64,000 bases of DNA from Vicugna vicugna (Eukaryota), in assembly GCA_013265495.1 (NCBI GenBank), contig MU058065.1:870001-934000 (forward strand). The letters run 5' to 3'. Each line of letters starts with the position of its first letter. Within the stretch, counting starts at the first letter, position 1. Under the pieces are notes generated by a model. The model was not told the DNA's origin. It made no database searches and was given only the letters and a program-made list of their open reading frames with translations. The position numbers and the translations under genes are program-made. Positions 40,181 through 52,081 of the stretch are shown in pieces.

Positions 40181-40547
40181 GTTACTGATGGATATGTATA
40201 TTAGTCACCTCATATTATTTTAGATGAAACAAATACAGTTGTGTTTCCAATGGTCAGCCCTAATGTACTTTTCAGGATCCATCTGCCAAACTTTAATAAC
40301 AAGAAGTTAGTAAATAATTAGGCATATAAACAAATAAAAGTTGTCATAAAAACGTGATACTCATGAGACATCCAATTCCTCAGTGAACATTGTGTAAAGT
40401 ATAAATCTGCATTTTAATCATTTTCTGTCAAACTTGTATTTGTAATTTTGTTTTGCACCCCATGTGTTCCCTTGTAATTTGCTTTCTAATTTACTCAGAA
40501 AGCTGTTAAGTCAGATTTATAAAAATCATATGCAAACAAGTATAACC

Positions 40548-41530
40548 AGAAGACATACAAATGGGCGACAGGTACATGAAAAGATGCTCACATTACTCAT
40601 CATCAGGGAAATGCAAATCAAAACCAGAATGAGATCACCTCACACCTGTTAGAAGGGCCATCATCAAAAAGGCAAGAGAAAACAAGTGTTGGCAAACATG
40701 TAGGGAAAAAAGGGAATTATTTGTACCACTGGTGAAATGTAAATGGGTGCAGCTACTATGGAAAACAGTATGGTGATTCCTCAAAAGATTAAAAATAAAA
40801 TTACCATATGATTCAGCAATTCCATTTTTGGATATATATCCATGGGAAATTAAAGCAGGATATCAAAGAGATGTTTGCATCCCCATATTAATTTGTAGCA
40901 TTATTCATAATAGCCAAAATCTTCAAATTCAATCCTCTTTGACCAACTTAAGCATTTGTCAATAGATGAATGGATAAAAATAGATATGAGATACACAAAA
41001 TGGAATATTATTTGGCTATGAGAAAGAAGGAAACCTGCCATTTGAGACAGCGTGGATGGAACCTGAGGGCATTATGCACAGTAAAATAAGCCAGAGACAA
41101 ATAAATACTACGTGGCATCACTTATATGTGGAATCTTAAAAAGTTAAAAAGTCAAACTCATAGAAACAGAGAGTGGAAAAGTGGTTGCCGGGGGTGGGGG
41201 TGGTGGGAGAAACAGAAAGAGGTTGGTAAAGGGTCCAAACTTTCAGCTATAACACGAGTAAGCTCTCAGATCTAGTATATAACATAGTGTCGTTAGTTGA
41301 TGACTCTGGGTTGTATAACTGGGGTTTGCTAACAGTCTAGAACTTAAATGTTCTCACCAAAAACATGTGAGAGGTGTTAGACTCGTTATTTCACTAGATG
41401 GGAGAAATCCTTTCATAATGTACATCAAATCATCATGATATATACTTAAAGTATCTTACAATTTTATTTGTCAAATACACTTGGATAAACAGAAAACATA
41501 ATTTTCAATTTAAACTGAAAAGAAAAAAAT
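40548..41530 (+). mobile_element. L1 (L1MA-like) 3' ~1 kb
   Basis: gaagacatacaaatgg..gaaaagatgctca..gaaatgcaaatcaaaacc..ctatggaaaacagtatgg..tggatggaacctgagggcattatg, then 3' UTR and an A-rich tail. Confidence 0.9.
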
Positions 41531-42280
41531 GAATACTAGGAATTAATGAAAGTTGAGGCTTGGTTGAGGTAGTCATGGGGAATAAGATATATAGCATCTG
41601 ACTTAGATTCTGGAAAACTATTTTAAAATTAAATCTTTTATTCTAAGTTGTGTTTTAAATAGGTGGGTTGACCACTTATTAACCTCCAGATAAAAGCACC
41701 ATCACCATGGCAAACACCCGTTCATTCATTCATTCACACAACAAACTTGCTTTCACAACTCACAACACCAAATATTTCCAAGGTCTGTGGTAAACAATGA
41801 TGATACACAACTGATGAAGGCAAGGAACTCACAATACGATAAGACAAGAAATACATAGAAGGACAAGAATATGGAATGCTGCGGAATGTCAAAGCTTCAG
41901 CTCATTCACTTGAATTAATCTAACACCACATTCCCATTTAACAAGTCCCATGTTTAACGTGCTAATCAATCCAAGGGCAGCAGCCATATTTTATTTATCT
42001 CCATTCACCCAGCCTAGCATGAAATGAAGACTAAACAGGGAAAGCCGATCTAACCGTAACTCACATAGTATCGCAGTTTAAGGACTTGCTGACTCTGGCA
42101 AATCAAGTGTACTCACTCCAAATGCTATGTGCACACATTCAGATACAACAAACACTCCTTCACCATTTCAGCACTTTCCCTGAGTTTGCAGTTGAGGTGA
42201 AGGAGAGGTTTATAATGCCAGCAGCTTCCCAAAGAGAACAAACCCAGAGAAGTTCTCTGGCTAGCCTTGACATCGCTTGG

Positions 42281-42753
42281 TGTAGAGGATTGAATTGTAG
42301 GCACCCCCCTCAAAATATGTCCACATCTTAATTCCCAGAACCAGTGCATGTGATCTTATTTGGGGAAAGGGTCTTTGCACCAAGAATCTTGAAATAAAGA
42401 GATCATTTTGGATTATCTGGGTGGTCTTAAATCAAATTACAATGTCCTTAAAAGAAAAAAGCAAAGGGAGATTTGAGTCAGTCATAAATGGAGGAGGGCA
42501 CAGTCTGAAAAGGAGGGGGCAGTGTGACCACAAAGAGATGGAGTGATACGGCCACAGGACAAGGAGTGCCAACAACCCCCAGAAGCTGGAAGAGGCAAAG
42601 AGTGGATTCTCCCTTAGAGACCCCGAGGGAATGTGGGGCTGCCAGTGCTGGGAATGCGGGCTTCTGGCCTCCCAAACTGGGAGAATAAATTTCTCCTGTT
42701 TCAAACCACCTAGTTTGTGGTCACTTGTTAAAACAGCCACAAGAAACTAATAC
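42281..42753 (+). mobile_element. MaLR solo LTR (MLT1C/D-like)
   Basis: tgtagaggattgaattg..atgtccacatcttaattccc..ccagaagctggaagaggcaa..gaataaatttctcctg..gaaactaataca. Confidence 0.9.
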
Positions 42754-42845
42754 ACTTGGTTTTGTTCTCTGGTTTCACCTCATGATGATGCCGATGCATT
42801 TTTGTCCTTGCAGAGCAGGGACTCCCTTAGGGTCCATGAGCTCCA

Positions 42846-43219
42846 TCTTAGTCTGTTCAGGCTGCCATAACAAAGCCTTCGATTGAGTGGTTTCAACAGC
42901 AGGCATGCATTTCTCATAGCTCTAGCAGCTGGGGAGTCCAAGATCGAGGTGCTGGCCAATTAGGCTTCCAGTGAGGGCCCTCGTTCTGGCTTGGAGACAG
43001 CCGCCTTCTGACTGTGTCCTCGAAGAGCAGAGACTGGAAGCTCTAGTGTCTCTTCATCTTACAAAGTCACTAATCCCATCATGGAGGTTCCATCCTCACT
43101 ACCTTATCTCAACCTATTTCCCTCCCAAAGGCCGCACCTCCTATTACCATCACATTGGGGGTTAGAGCTTCAGCATATAAAACTGGGGGAGCAGGGCACA
43201 AACACTCAGTCTATCAGAG
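42846..43219 (-). mobile_element. MaLR solo LTR (MLT1A-like)
   Basis: tcttagtctgttcaggctgccataacaaa..gagtccaagatcgaggtgc..catcacattgggggttagagcttcagcata. Confidence 0.85.
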
Positions 43220-43502
43220 ATCCCACATTCCAACTCACATATGTGTGAACTACATTCCCCAGGACCATTCATTCTCAGTGTTCCAAATTGGCATCATTTC
43301 TCTCTTTAGGCAATGTGTGTTTAGCTCACAAGAGCCTTGCAAAACGCTCAGAAGACAGCCACCGTGGAAAACAAAGCCCTTGCTTTTCGCTGATTTGGAG
43401 GCTACTCTAGAAATTTCCATTTGACAGCTATTATCCAACCAGAAAATTGTGAGCAATCATTGTACACTTTCTAAAGTCTAAACACATCTTTACCATAGTT
43501 TT

Positions 43503-43551
43503 TATGCATGCTAAGCATGCACTTAACCACTGAGCTATATACCTTCTACCC
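43503..43551 (-). mobile_element. 5' head of a tRNA(Ala)-derived SINE (camelid type), 3'-truncated
   Basis: Reverse complement gggtagaaggtatatagctcagtggttaagtgcatgcttagcatgcata contains Pol III A-box TAGCTCAGTGG and an Ala-like CATGCTTAGCATG anticodon arm. No B-box or T-arm follows. Confidence 0.7.
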
Positions 43552-44619
43552 AAATATAGATCTTCAAATAATCTATTGATTAGATTAATTCTTCTTAATG
43601 ATACTTCCAGTAATTGTTCAGAGAATCTGCTGTAGCTTTCTGGACTTTTAAAAAAGACTAAGCAGAGTGGTGAGTGGTAATGATGGTTGCTTTTGACAGC
43701 ACATTCCTTGCTTATGCACCAAAAATGTGACTTGGGGCTAGAGTGGAATTACTTTGAAGCAAGACAGAATAGCTTGGAAGCTATGATTAAAGATAACTTG
43801 TTTACAAAATAAACTTCAAGATTATAGGAAAACTTCCTCAGTGGTTTCTTTTTTTTTTAGGTCTTTGATTCAGTGAACCAGATCCTGCTTTTCTCCCATG
43901 GGGTGAAGCTGACCTAGACCACAATAGAGAAAGTCTGGCAGATAAGCTTGCCAACTCCATGCCAGACGCAATTAGTGGGAAACCAACTGCAGCCTTTAAA
44001 GAGCAGGTGGAGGAATGATGAACAAAAACAAAATCAGTCTCTGGCCCTATCTCCTTTTCAATGACCATTCATAGTTTTTGCAAACATCTAATTAAAGAGA
44101 AGACTTTGCATTTTTCAACCTGGAGCTATAAACATGACACCATCAATCATAGAGATTTGGGGGGCAGGTGATGAATCTGAAATTTCTAACCAAAACGAAG
44201 GCCTTTGAGTGTTATGTAATTTTAAGACTTCTATTCTCTCACTTTTGCTATTTTTGTGTTTGTGTGTTTTTAACTTCTGAATGCTTTTTTTGTTTGTTTT
44301 TTTTCAAAGATGGTATTCATCACCGAACCACAGTCCCCATTCCTGAGGGTCAATAATCCTCAAAGGCTGCTCTCAGCGGCAACTGAGAAGGTTGTTTTGT
44401 TCAGAATTGTGCTTCTGGCTGCTAACTTACAGCATGAAATATTATAAACACTCAATAAATAGTTGTTGAATGAATGAAATAAAAGCCATTAGGTTTTCGC
44501 CCTCTAGGGTGACCTGTTTTTTTGTGTGTTTGTTTCCTTTCCATCTTTCAGACATGACATTTGGATAAAGTTGTGAATAGACATACTTTAAAATCAGCCC
44601 ATGCAAAATTCTTTCCTGA

Positions 44620-44910
44620 GGAATCTTACACTAGCTTCCTCTTGATAAGATCTTGAAATCTTACCAGTCAATAAGATTTCTCTGACTACTCTATGCAATG
44701 CTGTCTTCATTGACTCCACTTATGTCCAGTTGTATTAATTATATTCTCATCTGGTCACATGCATTACTATTGAATTTATATGTTTATTGCCTGTTTCCAC
44801 CTCTAAAATGTAAGTCACAAGGTCTGTGTGAGCAGGGATCTGGTCTCCCTCCCTCATAAATCTACCACCAATATCTAGCATAGAGGGAGCTTAATAAATG
44901 TTTAAAGTGG
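44620..44910 (+). mobile_element. L2 3' fragment
   Basis: tgtttattgcctgtttcc..gtgagcagggatctggtct..ggagcttaataaatgttt. Confidence 0.65.
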
Positions 44911-45819
44911 AATTATTAAATTAAAAATTAAATGCTTAAATTCAATGTAATTTAGAATTTCTTTTTTAACTTTAGGACAAGTTTTGAAGAGAGTTTTTAG
45001 TTATAGCCACATGATTTTAATTATACTTAAAGTATATGGATTATTAAAGATCATAAAAGAAACATTGACTTCATCTCAACTGACCTATTTGATTTGAATT
45101 TCAGTTTGTTTCAATTAATCAGACTTTATGGTATGCATTATGTTCATCATATCATAGGATTTAGCTTTAAGATGGAAATACCTAGGATAAAACAGTCACT
45201 TTTGTGTTAATAATTATTCTCATAAAATTCCTCTAAATAGGGGTTATTAAAAGTTTTAGTGTGATGACAATAAACTGAAGATAGATAAACGGACAGAGTT
45301 ACTCATTAAAAAAAGGGGAGACAGGATTCACCTCTATGTACTTTTGGCTTTTTTTTAGAGGTTTCGTGCATTTCTGGTGTATTAAAATAAACTATTAGCC
45401 TAATAGACTATGAGCCTTAATATGTTTTGATTTAACTGTAATAATGATATTAATGAAAGCTTCCACAAGGTATCAAGTTTTAGCATTTTATAATTGCAAA
45501 TTTTTAAAAATTGAATGGAAAACGTGTGTCTCCTCATGAATCATGGGACTAAAAAGTTGTAGAATTTGTAGGGAGAATGAGTTTAAGTCTTCCTAGCATG
45601 AACCGTGGCAGGAGTAGAAACAAAGCTTTCTCTTCTTACCGTGTAGTTTGACTTTCTTTCTTCACATCCAAGAGTTTCCTTTTCTCAAATTACCACCCCA
45701 TTTAGCCAAATTCCTTTATGTTATCCACTTTTCCAAGTAAACATGTGGCTGCCACACTAAATAGAATGTACATTTTATTGCACGTTTTAATTGGAGGCCA
45801 TAAACATCAGAAATACCCG

Positions 45820-45990
45820 AAGAGCTTTCTGCAATAACAAGATGCTCTAGCCAGTAGCCACATGTGGCTCCCGAACACTTGAAATGTGCCTAGTGCAACC
45901 GAGGAAACTAATGTTTAATTTTATTTACCTTTATTAATTCACATTTAAATAGGTGCCTGGGGCTGTTGGCTACCATATTGGACAGCACAG
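45820..45990 (+). mobile_element. MER3-like hAT-Charlie relic
   Basis: tagccacatgtggct..cacttgaaatgtgcctagtgcaaccgaggaa..ggctaccatattggacagcacag. Confidence 0.8.
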
Positions 45991-47392
45991 ATACAGATTA
46001 TGCATCTGAACTACTTTCCATGCTTTCCTTTCCCAAACCCATGAAAGGAGACATTTCAGTGGGGCCAAACACAGTGGTGGTTCTCAGTATTTCTGGAGCC
46101 TTCATCTGGTCTAAGGACTGAATGATCTACCACCAAGTTACAGATCAAATGATATTTCCCATGTAAGGTTGGCCAGCCTCTTCTCTTTTCTTTATTTTTC
46201 ACTTTAAAGTCTTGGCTGACTTTAAAACCCAGAGGGTCAAAGTAAGGCTGATTTCTCCTTATTTCTCAGGATTCCCATCTGGGAGTGAAATAATGACAGT
46301 GTGAGTGCCAGATAACTCATGAAAAAGCCAGCACTCATGAGCTTCACAGCCAAATTTATCAGATGAGAAAGAAGACAGAAAGACAAAGAGAGAGAAGCAG
46401 ACAGAATAATACTCATAAAAGTTTTGTTTTGCTAGCTCTGAAAAATTTATTTTTATATTAATCTGAAGTTCAAATTAGGTAGTAATTTCACCGTATAGCA
46501 AACCAGTATTTTTGGAATTTGAGAGTGGGAAATTCAGATGCAGAAAAAAAAAATAGGATGAAAAATTCAAAGATATTCAAAGACTTGGAAGAAGCTGTCT
46601 CTCTTTTCTTTCCAGGAGACATCACTGTTGTTTTAGTTTTCTGTAAGTCATCAGGCTTGGCATATAACACATTACATTCCGAACTTAACTACATGAGTTT
46701 CAAATTGTTTATTTTCTTAAGACTCATTACCTACTTACTGTACCCCTGAAACAAAAACAGAAATTAAATGTATGGATTTCTTATAGCTATAAAAGCTATA
46801 CATTATTAAAAGTTTTAAGTCACCAAAGGGGTATGAGATATCTACCCATAAGCACTTATTAATTTCTATCATATTTTAGTAGACATACAGATATACAGCT
46901 GTGAGCTATGCTTAACAGTTTTGTTGCAAACAAAGAAACATATTTTGCAGGACAGCAACAGTTTTTGAAGCCACTTTTACCCTTTTTTTCTAATGAATAC
47001 CTTTTTCTTCAAGCATATTTTTGGAGTTTGGAACTCCGTGTGATGGAAATGGAGCTGTCTGCTATCATGTAATGTAATGAATCCATAGGGGGAAATAGAG
47101 TGAAATCAGGACCACAGAAATCAGCTTTCTCCACTCTCTCATCCTCTAAAGGAAAGAAGTTATCTATAATGCATGCAATGGAGTCTTGCAGGCCAGAGAC
47201 AAACAGCATGTGCTGTGTATATCCCATTTTCACTCAAAAAGTTCTATTAGAAATACCACAAAATGAGCAAACATTTTAAAATGCCTAAAACAGAAACCAA
47301 GAAAAAGTAGGCATCTTCGAAGACAGAGCTCTCTAGCAGATGTATTAATGAAATGTTCATTGAAAGGCATTATAGAAAAGTCCCTCAAAAGT

Positions 47393-47492
47393 CAGTGACC
47401 ACCTAATTTGTCATCCAAACTGAGACCCATGGGAGAGTAGACACTGATTCTATCAATATTTAAGTTATACTTCCTGACCAACCAAGACTTAT
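47393..47492 (+). mobile_element. MER81-like hAT relic, left part, split by an LTR
   Basis: agtgaccacctaatttgtcatccaaactgagac..gagagt resembles the MER81 start. A few terminal bases (..gcccta) resume after 47981. Confidence 0.5.
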
Positions 47493-47981
47493 TGTTACCA
47501 AGTCCAAGTTCTTACTGCTCTCCACGAGACAGGCCAATAAATTGAGAGACGAGTTTCTGGGGCAAGGAATAGAGACTTTATTCAGAAAGCCAGCAGGTGG
47601 AGAAAATGGTGTTCCCAAAGAACAATCTTACATGAGTTAGAATCCAGGCTTCTTTTATTTTAAAAGGAGACGGGGCGTGATTGGTTGTTGCAAACTTCTT
47701 GGTGACAGATTCCTTTGTCCTTGCAGCTGTCCGTGGAGGTCTGGTCACCGCATTCCTATAAACCTCAACAAGACAAATGCTATTCTCTGTTCTGCAACTT
47801 TTTACCTAAGAATGGAAAAGTGTTACACCTTTAGAGGTCAAAGTCTTGAGAATGGATTATCCTGTGTATTTCAGGCTGTAGGTAACATTCTTCTACAGAA
47901 GATGCAGAGCCAGCATGACTAAGCATAGGCAACAGAGCACCGAGATTCAATATGGAGTCAGATTTGTTCTTTTCTGTTACA
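47493..47981 (-). mobile_element. ERV1-type solo LTR
   Basis: TGTTAC...TGTTACA termini (TG..CA). Minus-strand AATAAA (plus actttattc), CCAAT (plus gattgg) and a TATA-like tract lie in LTR order. Confidence 0.75.
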
Positions 47982-49382
47982 GAGTTGCTGCCCTAGTATG
48001 AGTCCCTCTTTCTTAGCCCAATATTCATCCCTCCAGATACCCTTCCATTACCCAAATGTCATCCACATTTTAAGACATGATTTCACTCCCACCATCTCAA
48101 TAATACTTTCATGACCTCTCTAGTCCTCTTTGCACACTATCCCTATACTTCTGCAACACTCGAAATTGGTGACCCACATTTATATTACATTTATTATCCA
48201 CTCATATTTCTCATGTGTTAATTCTATTTCTACACTTGCATTGTGAGTTCCTGAAACGAATGACCTTGCTCAATTTTTTAAAAATCTTCCCAAGGCACAG
48301 AACATTCTCCTGGCAACAGCTGCTCAACAAATATCCTTGTAACATGGAATTCTTTGCTTGTTTTTTGTATTTCCAAAGCTAGATTCAGGTCTTTTCTCTA
48401 CCATGAGATCTTCCCGAATCAAAATAAAGGTAGTGAGCACCTCTCCTCTGACTGACTGAGGATATTACTGACTACAATACTCAGACTCATAACAATGCCT
48501 CATTTTGTCCATACAGATCTCTCTATGTAATGTACTTTCTTTCCAGCTGCATCACAAGGCTATCGAGGGTAGGCACCATCTTATTCCTCTTTACATCTTC
48601 AATGTCCAGCACTATACTTACATCTAGCAGTGCTAGTAAAAAAAAATCTAGTATTGGAGCCCCCACCAGCATCACAGTATCTCACCAATTTCCATCTCTA
48701 TGCAGTTCACAATGCTGCAGTATCTAGCAAGGCCAGATTAAATACGAATGGTCCAGGTGTCATAAAAACAACTTCATCTTGAGTCATACATCTAACTCCT
48801 GCAGTAAAGGGGAGATGCTCCGATCTGAGGCATGCTGAGGGAATTATTCCTCCCTTTGTAAAGTGCCTCACCAAAGATATTACCCTGTATATTATGGCTA
48901 TAATTGGGCTACACGCCACATCTAGTATGTATGGGAAGCAGGGTTATGTGGACTCTTGTTTCAGATAGTGACATGTCAACTAAAATCAGGATTCTGTTAT
49001 GGAGGGGAAAAAAAAAGACAGGCCTAGATGCTAGAAGGCATGGAGCAATCTTCATCACAGGGGTGAGCCCTCCAAGCATCTATTTAAGGATAAGTTATAA
49101 TACTTTTCTGGTTGTATTCACAGTAAAAGGCAAAATATTATTTTAGGTATTGAAAATATGCCACTTCAGTTAATTTAAAGGCTGAGAATTTTCATTCTTA
49201 GCCTACACATTTGAACTCATTTTTGTAAGTATGTATATTTCTGACAATTGTAATTTGTACAGCAAAGCTTGTAGTAAGAAATGTATCATAAAACTATAAA
49301 GTAGAAAACGGTAGCTCATGCTAATTTTTATAGGTGAGTCATAAATAAAACATGAAGCAACAAAAGTAAATATTGATCAAAG

Positions 49383-49490
49383 AAATCCAAATCTTAAGAC
49401 ATTTATTTTGTTATACGAATATATTGTTGTGAAGTTCAATGGAAATTGATCATGTGTAACATACAAAGGCATTCCAATCAAACTCCAGAT
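49383..49490 (-). other. Candidate terminal (3' UTR) exon of the same gene
   Basis: Acceptor ccttttcatgtggtgacgtcttcttgtag|ATCTGGAG, an upstream TGTA element, AATAAA at 49402-49407, then U/GU-rich sequence (tttacttttgttgcttcatgtttt). The 3' end is estimated. Confidence 0.5.
49402..49407 (-). terminator. Candidate polyadenylation signal AATAAA
   Basis: Plus-strand tttatt about 85 nt into the candidate terminal exon, with a GU/U-rich element downstream on the minus strand. Confidence 0.45.
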
Positions 49491-50055
49491 CTACAAGAAG
49501 ACGTCACCACATGAAAAGGAACATGTCGCAGTAATGGGAGAAACTGTGCTAGAGAGAAACCACCCACAGTTTTCCATAATTTTTTTTAACCTGACTTCAC
49601 CATAAAGTCAGCCAGTCAAAATATAAAATTACGGGAACATGATTTTTAGCTACACTACAAACCAGGAGAAATACATGTTATTCTAAATGCATTATCTCAT
49701 TATAGACAAGGATTAGCTAACAGAAAAGAGCCAAACAATCTGGTCTGTTGTTGACAAGATGGCGTTTACTAACTACATATTCAGCAAAGTATCCAAATGT
49801 GTTCTGATTCACTCTTTGGAATCCAAAGAAAACAGTTTGAGGGAAGAAATCACGCTGAACCACATTTGCAGACTTTTCAAACTGAAAAAACACAAATCTT
49901 GAAGAAAAAGTACAAGCAATTGATTCTCTGAGGAGCTGTAGACCTTGACTCTACAATAAAATGAAAACAACACATGGCCGATTATCTGAACTCTGGGTTA
50001 AGAGGCCCAAACAGCTCGACATAGTGTAGTGCACCTGATTCCTTTACGTGTGCAC

Positions 50056-50454
50056 GTTTTGTTTTGTTTTTTTATTATTGAGGTAACATCGGTTGATAAC
50101 TTAAGTTTCAGGTGTACAGCATTGCATTTCAGATTCTTTAGACACTATAGCATGCTCACCACCAAAATTCTGGTTTGATCCATCACCACGCAATTTACCC
50201 CTTTTTACCAATTTTGCCCTTCCCTCTCCCTCTTCTTTTCTTGCAACCACTACACTGTTCTCTGAATCTATGTGCTTGTTTTTGGTTAGTTTGGTTTGGT
50301 TTTTTATTTTTCTTAATATCCCACGCAAGAGTGAAATCATACAGTATTTGTCTTTTTCCATCTGATTTATGTCACGTAGCATAACATCTTCAAGGTCCAC
50401 CCATATTTTCACAAATGACAAAATTTCATCATTGTTATAGCTGAGTAGTATTCC

Positions 50455-50506
<52 letters not shown>

Positions 50507-51388
50507 TATATACCACATCTTCTTTATCCATTCATCCATAGATGGACACTTAGGATGCTTCCGTATCTTGGCTATTTTAAATAATGCTGCAATGAACATA
50601 AGGGTGTATGTAACTTTCTGAATTAGTGGTTTTGCATTCTTTGGATAAATATCTGGAACTGGAATAGCTGAATAATATGGTAGTTCTAGTCTTAAATTTT
50701 TGAGGAATTTCCATACTGTTTTACATCATGGCAAGACCTCTTTACATTTCCACCAAAGCACAAATATTCTCTTTTCTTCATGTCCTCTCCAACATTTGTT
50801 ATTTCTCATCTTTTTGATAATAGTTATTCTGACTAGCACAAGATGATATCTCATTGTGGTTTTGATTTGCATTTCCCTAATAATGAATGATGTTGAACAC
50901 CTTTATGTCATCTTTGGAAAAATATCTATTCTGTCCATTTTTTAATTGAGTTGTTACATTTTTAGTTATTGACCTGTATGAGTTCTTTATATATATTTTA
51001 GATATTAACTACCTACTGGATAGATAATTTGCAAATATCCCTTCCCAAAAGTTTGTCTTTTCACTTTGATGATGGTTTCCTTTGCTATGCAAAAGCTTTT
51101 TAGTTTGATGTAGTCCCCTTTGTTTATTTTTGCTTTTGTGTCCCTTGTTGGAGGAGACATATCTACAAAGATATTGCTAAGACCTATGTCAAAGAGTCCA
51201 CTGCCTGTTTTCTTCTAGAGGTTTTATTATCACAGGCCTTACATTCAAGTCTTCAATTCACTTTGAGTTGATTTTTGTGTATGGTGTAAGTTAGTGGTCC
51301 AGTTTCATTCTTTTTCATGTGGCTGTCCAGTGTTCCTAATACCATTTTTTAAAGAGAGTATCCATTGTCCATTGTATGTTCTTTGTTC
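50056..51388 (-). mobile_element. L1 3' ~1.3 kb with internal (TA)n(CA)n
   Basis: ORF 50101-50505 includes ILSFVKIWVDLEDVMLRDINQMEKDKYCMISL. Reverse ORF2 text such as gttttgatttgcatttccctaa is present. Confidence 0.9.
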
Positions 51389-51611
51389 CACATCCATTTA
51401 TGATAAAAACTCTAAATAAAATGAGTATAGAAGGAATGTACCTCTTTTATGTATTTTTGCAATTGTGTTGGAGATAATGGTTGGCGGTTAGTCTGCAACT
51501 TCACCTTGGTTCACATGATAGTTAACTGAAGAGAAGGCAATTTGTTTCTCTGACATTGTAAAGTATGTAGAGCTTTTTTTTTTTTAACTTTAGCTAAAAC
51601 TTCATGTGTAG

Positions 51612-51793
51612 TTCTTCTGTGTAGTACAGGGGACTGTATTCAGTGTCTTGTAGTAACCTTTAATGAAAAAGAATACGAAAATGAATATATGTATATATAT
51701 GCATGAGTAGGATATTATATGCTGTACATCAGAAATTTACACATTGTAACTGACTATATTTCAATAAAAAAATAAAAATTAAGAATTATAAAA
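51612..51793 (+). mobile_element. Short young L1 3' end with target-site duplication
   Basis: gggactgtattcagtgtcttgtagtaacc..gctgtacatcagaaatttacacattgtaactgactata..caataaaaaa. TSD aaaactt(c/t)atgtgtag at 51596-51611 and 51794-51809. Confidence 0.9.
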
Positions 51794-51917
51794 AAAACTT
51801 TATGTGTAGGAAAAGCAGAATAATGTTCTGGTAACTCTTCCAACAAAAAATGTTAATGTACTAAATGTTATAAAAAATTCAAAACCAAAAAGATGCAAAG
51901 ATACAGATATTCTTTTT

Positions 51918-51978
51918 CCTTCTCTCTCTCTCTCTCACACATACACACACACACGCACACGCACATGCACACACACAC
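51918..51978. repeat. (CT)n(CA)n microsatellite
   Basis: Direct reading. Confidence 0.9.
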
Positions 51979-52008
51979 TATAGTCTGAAGTAGAAGTAAA
52001 TATAGACA

Positions 52009-52081
52009 ATAGATTTTAGGATATTTGAAATATAAGAAGAAAGACTATAGATTTTAGAATATTTGAAATATAAGAAGAAAG
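52009..52081. repeat. Tandem duplication, period 38
   Basis: atagattttag(g/a)atatttgaaatataagaagaaag starts at 52009 and 52047, with one mismatch over 35 nt. Confidence 0.9.

Noticed and set aside
43503..43551. Possible tRNA-Ala gene
   Set aside because: Lacks the T-arm/B-box and acceptor stem, so it is a SINE or tRNA fragment.
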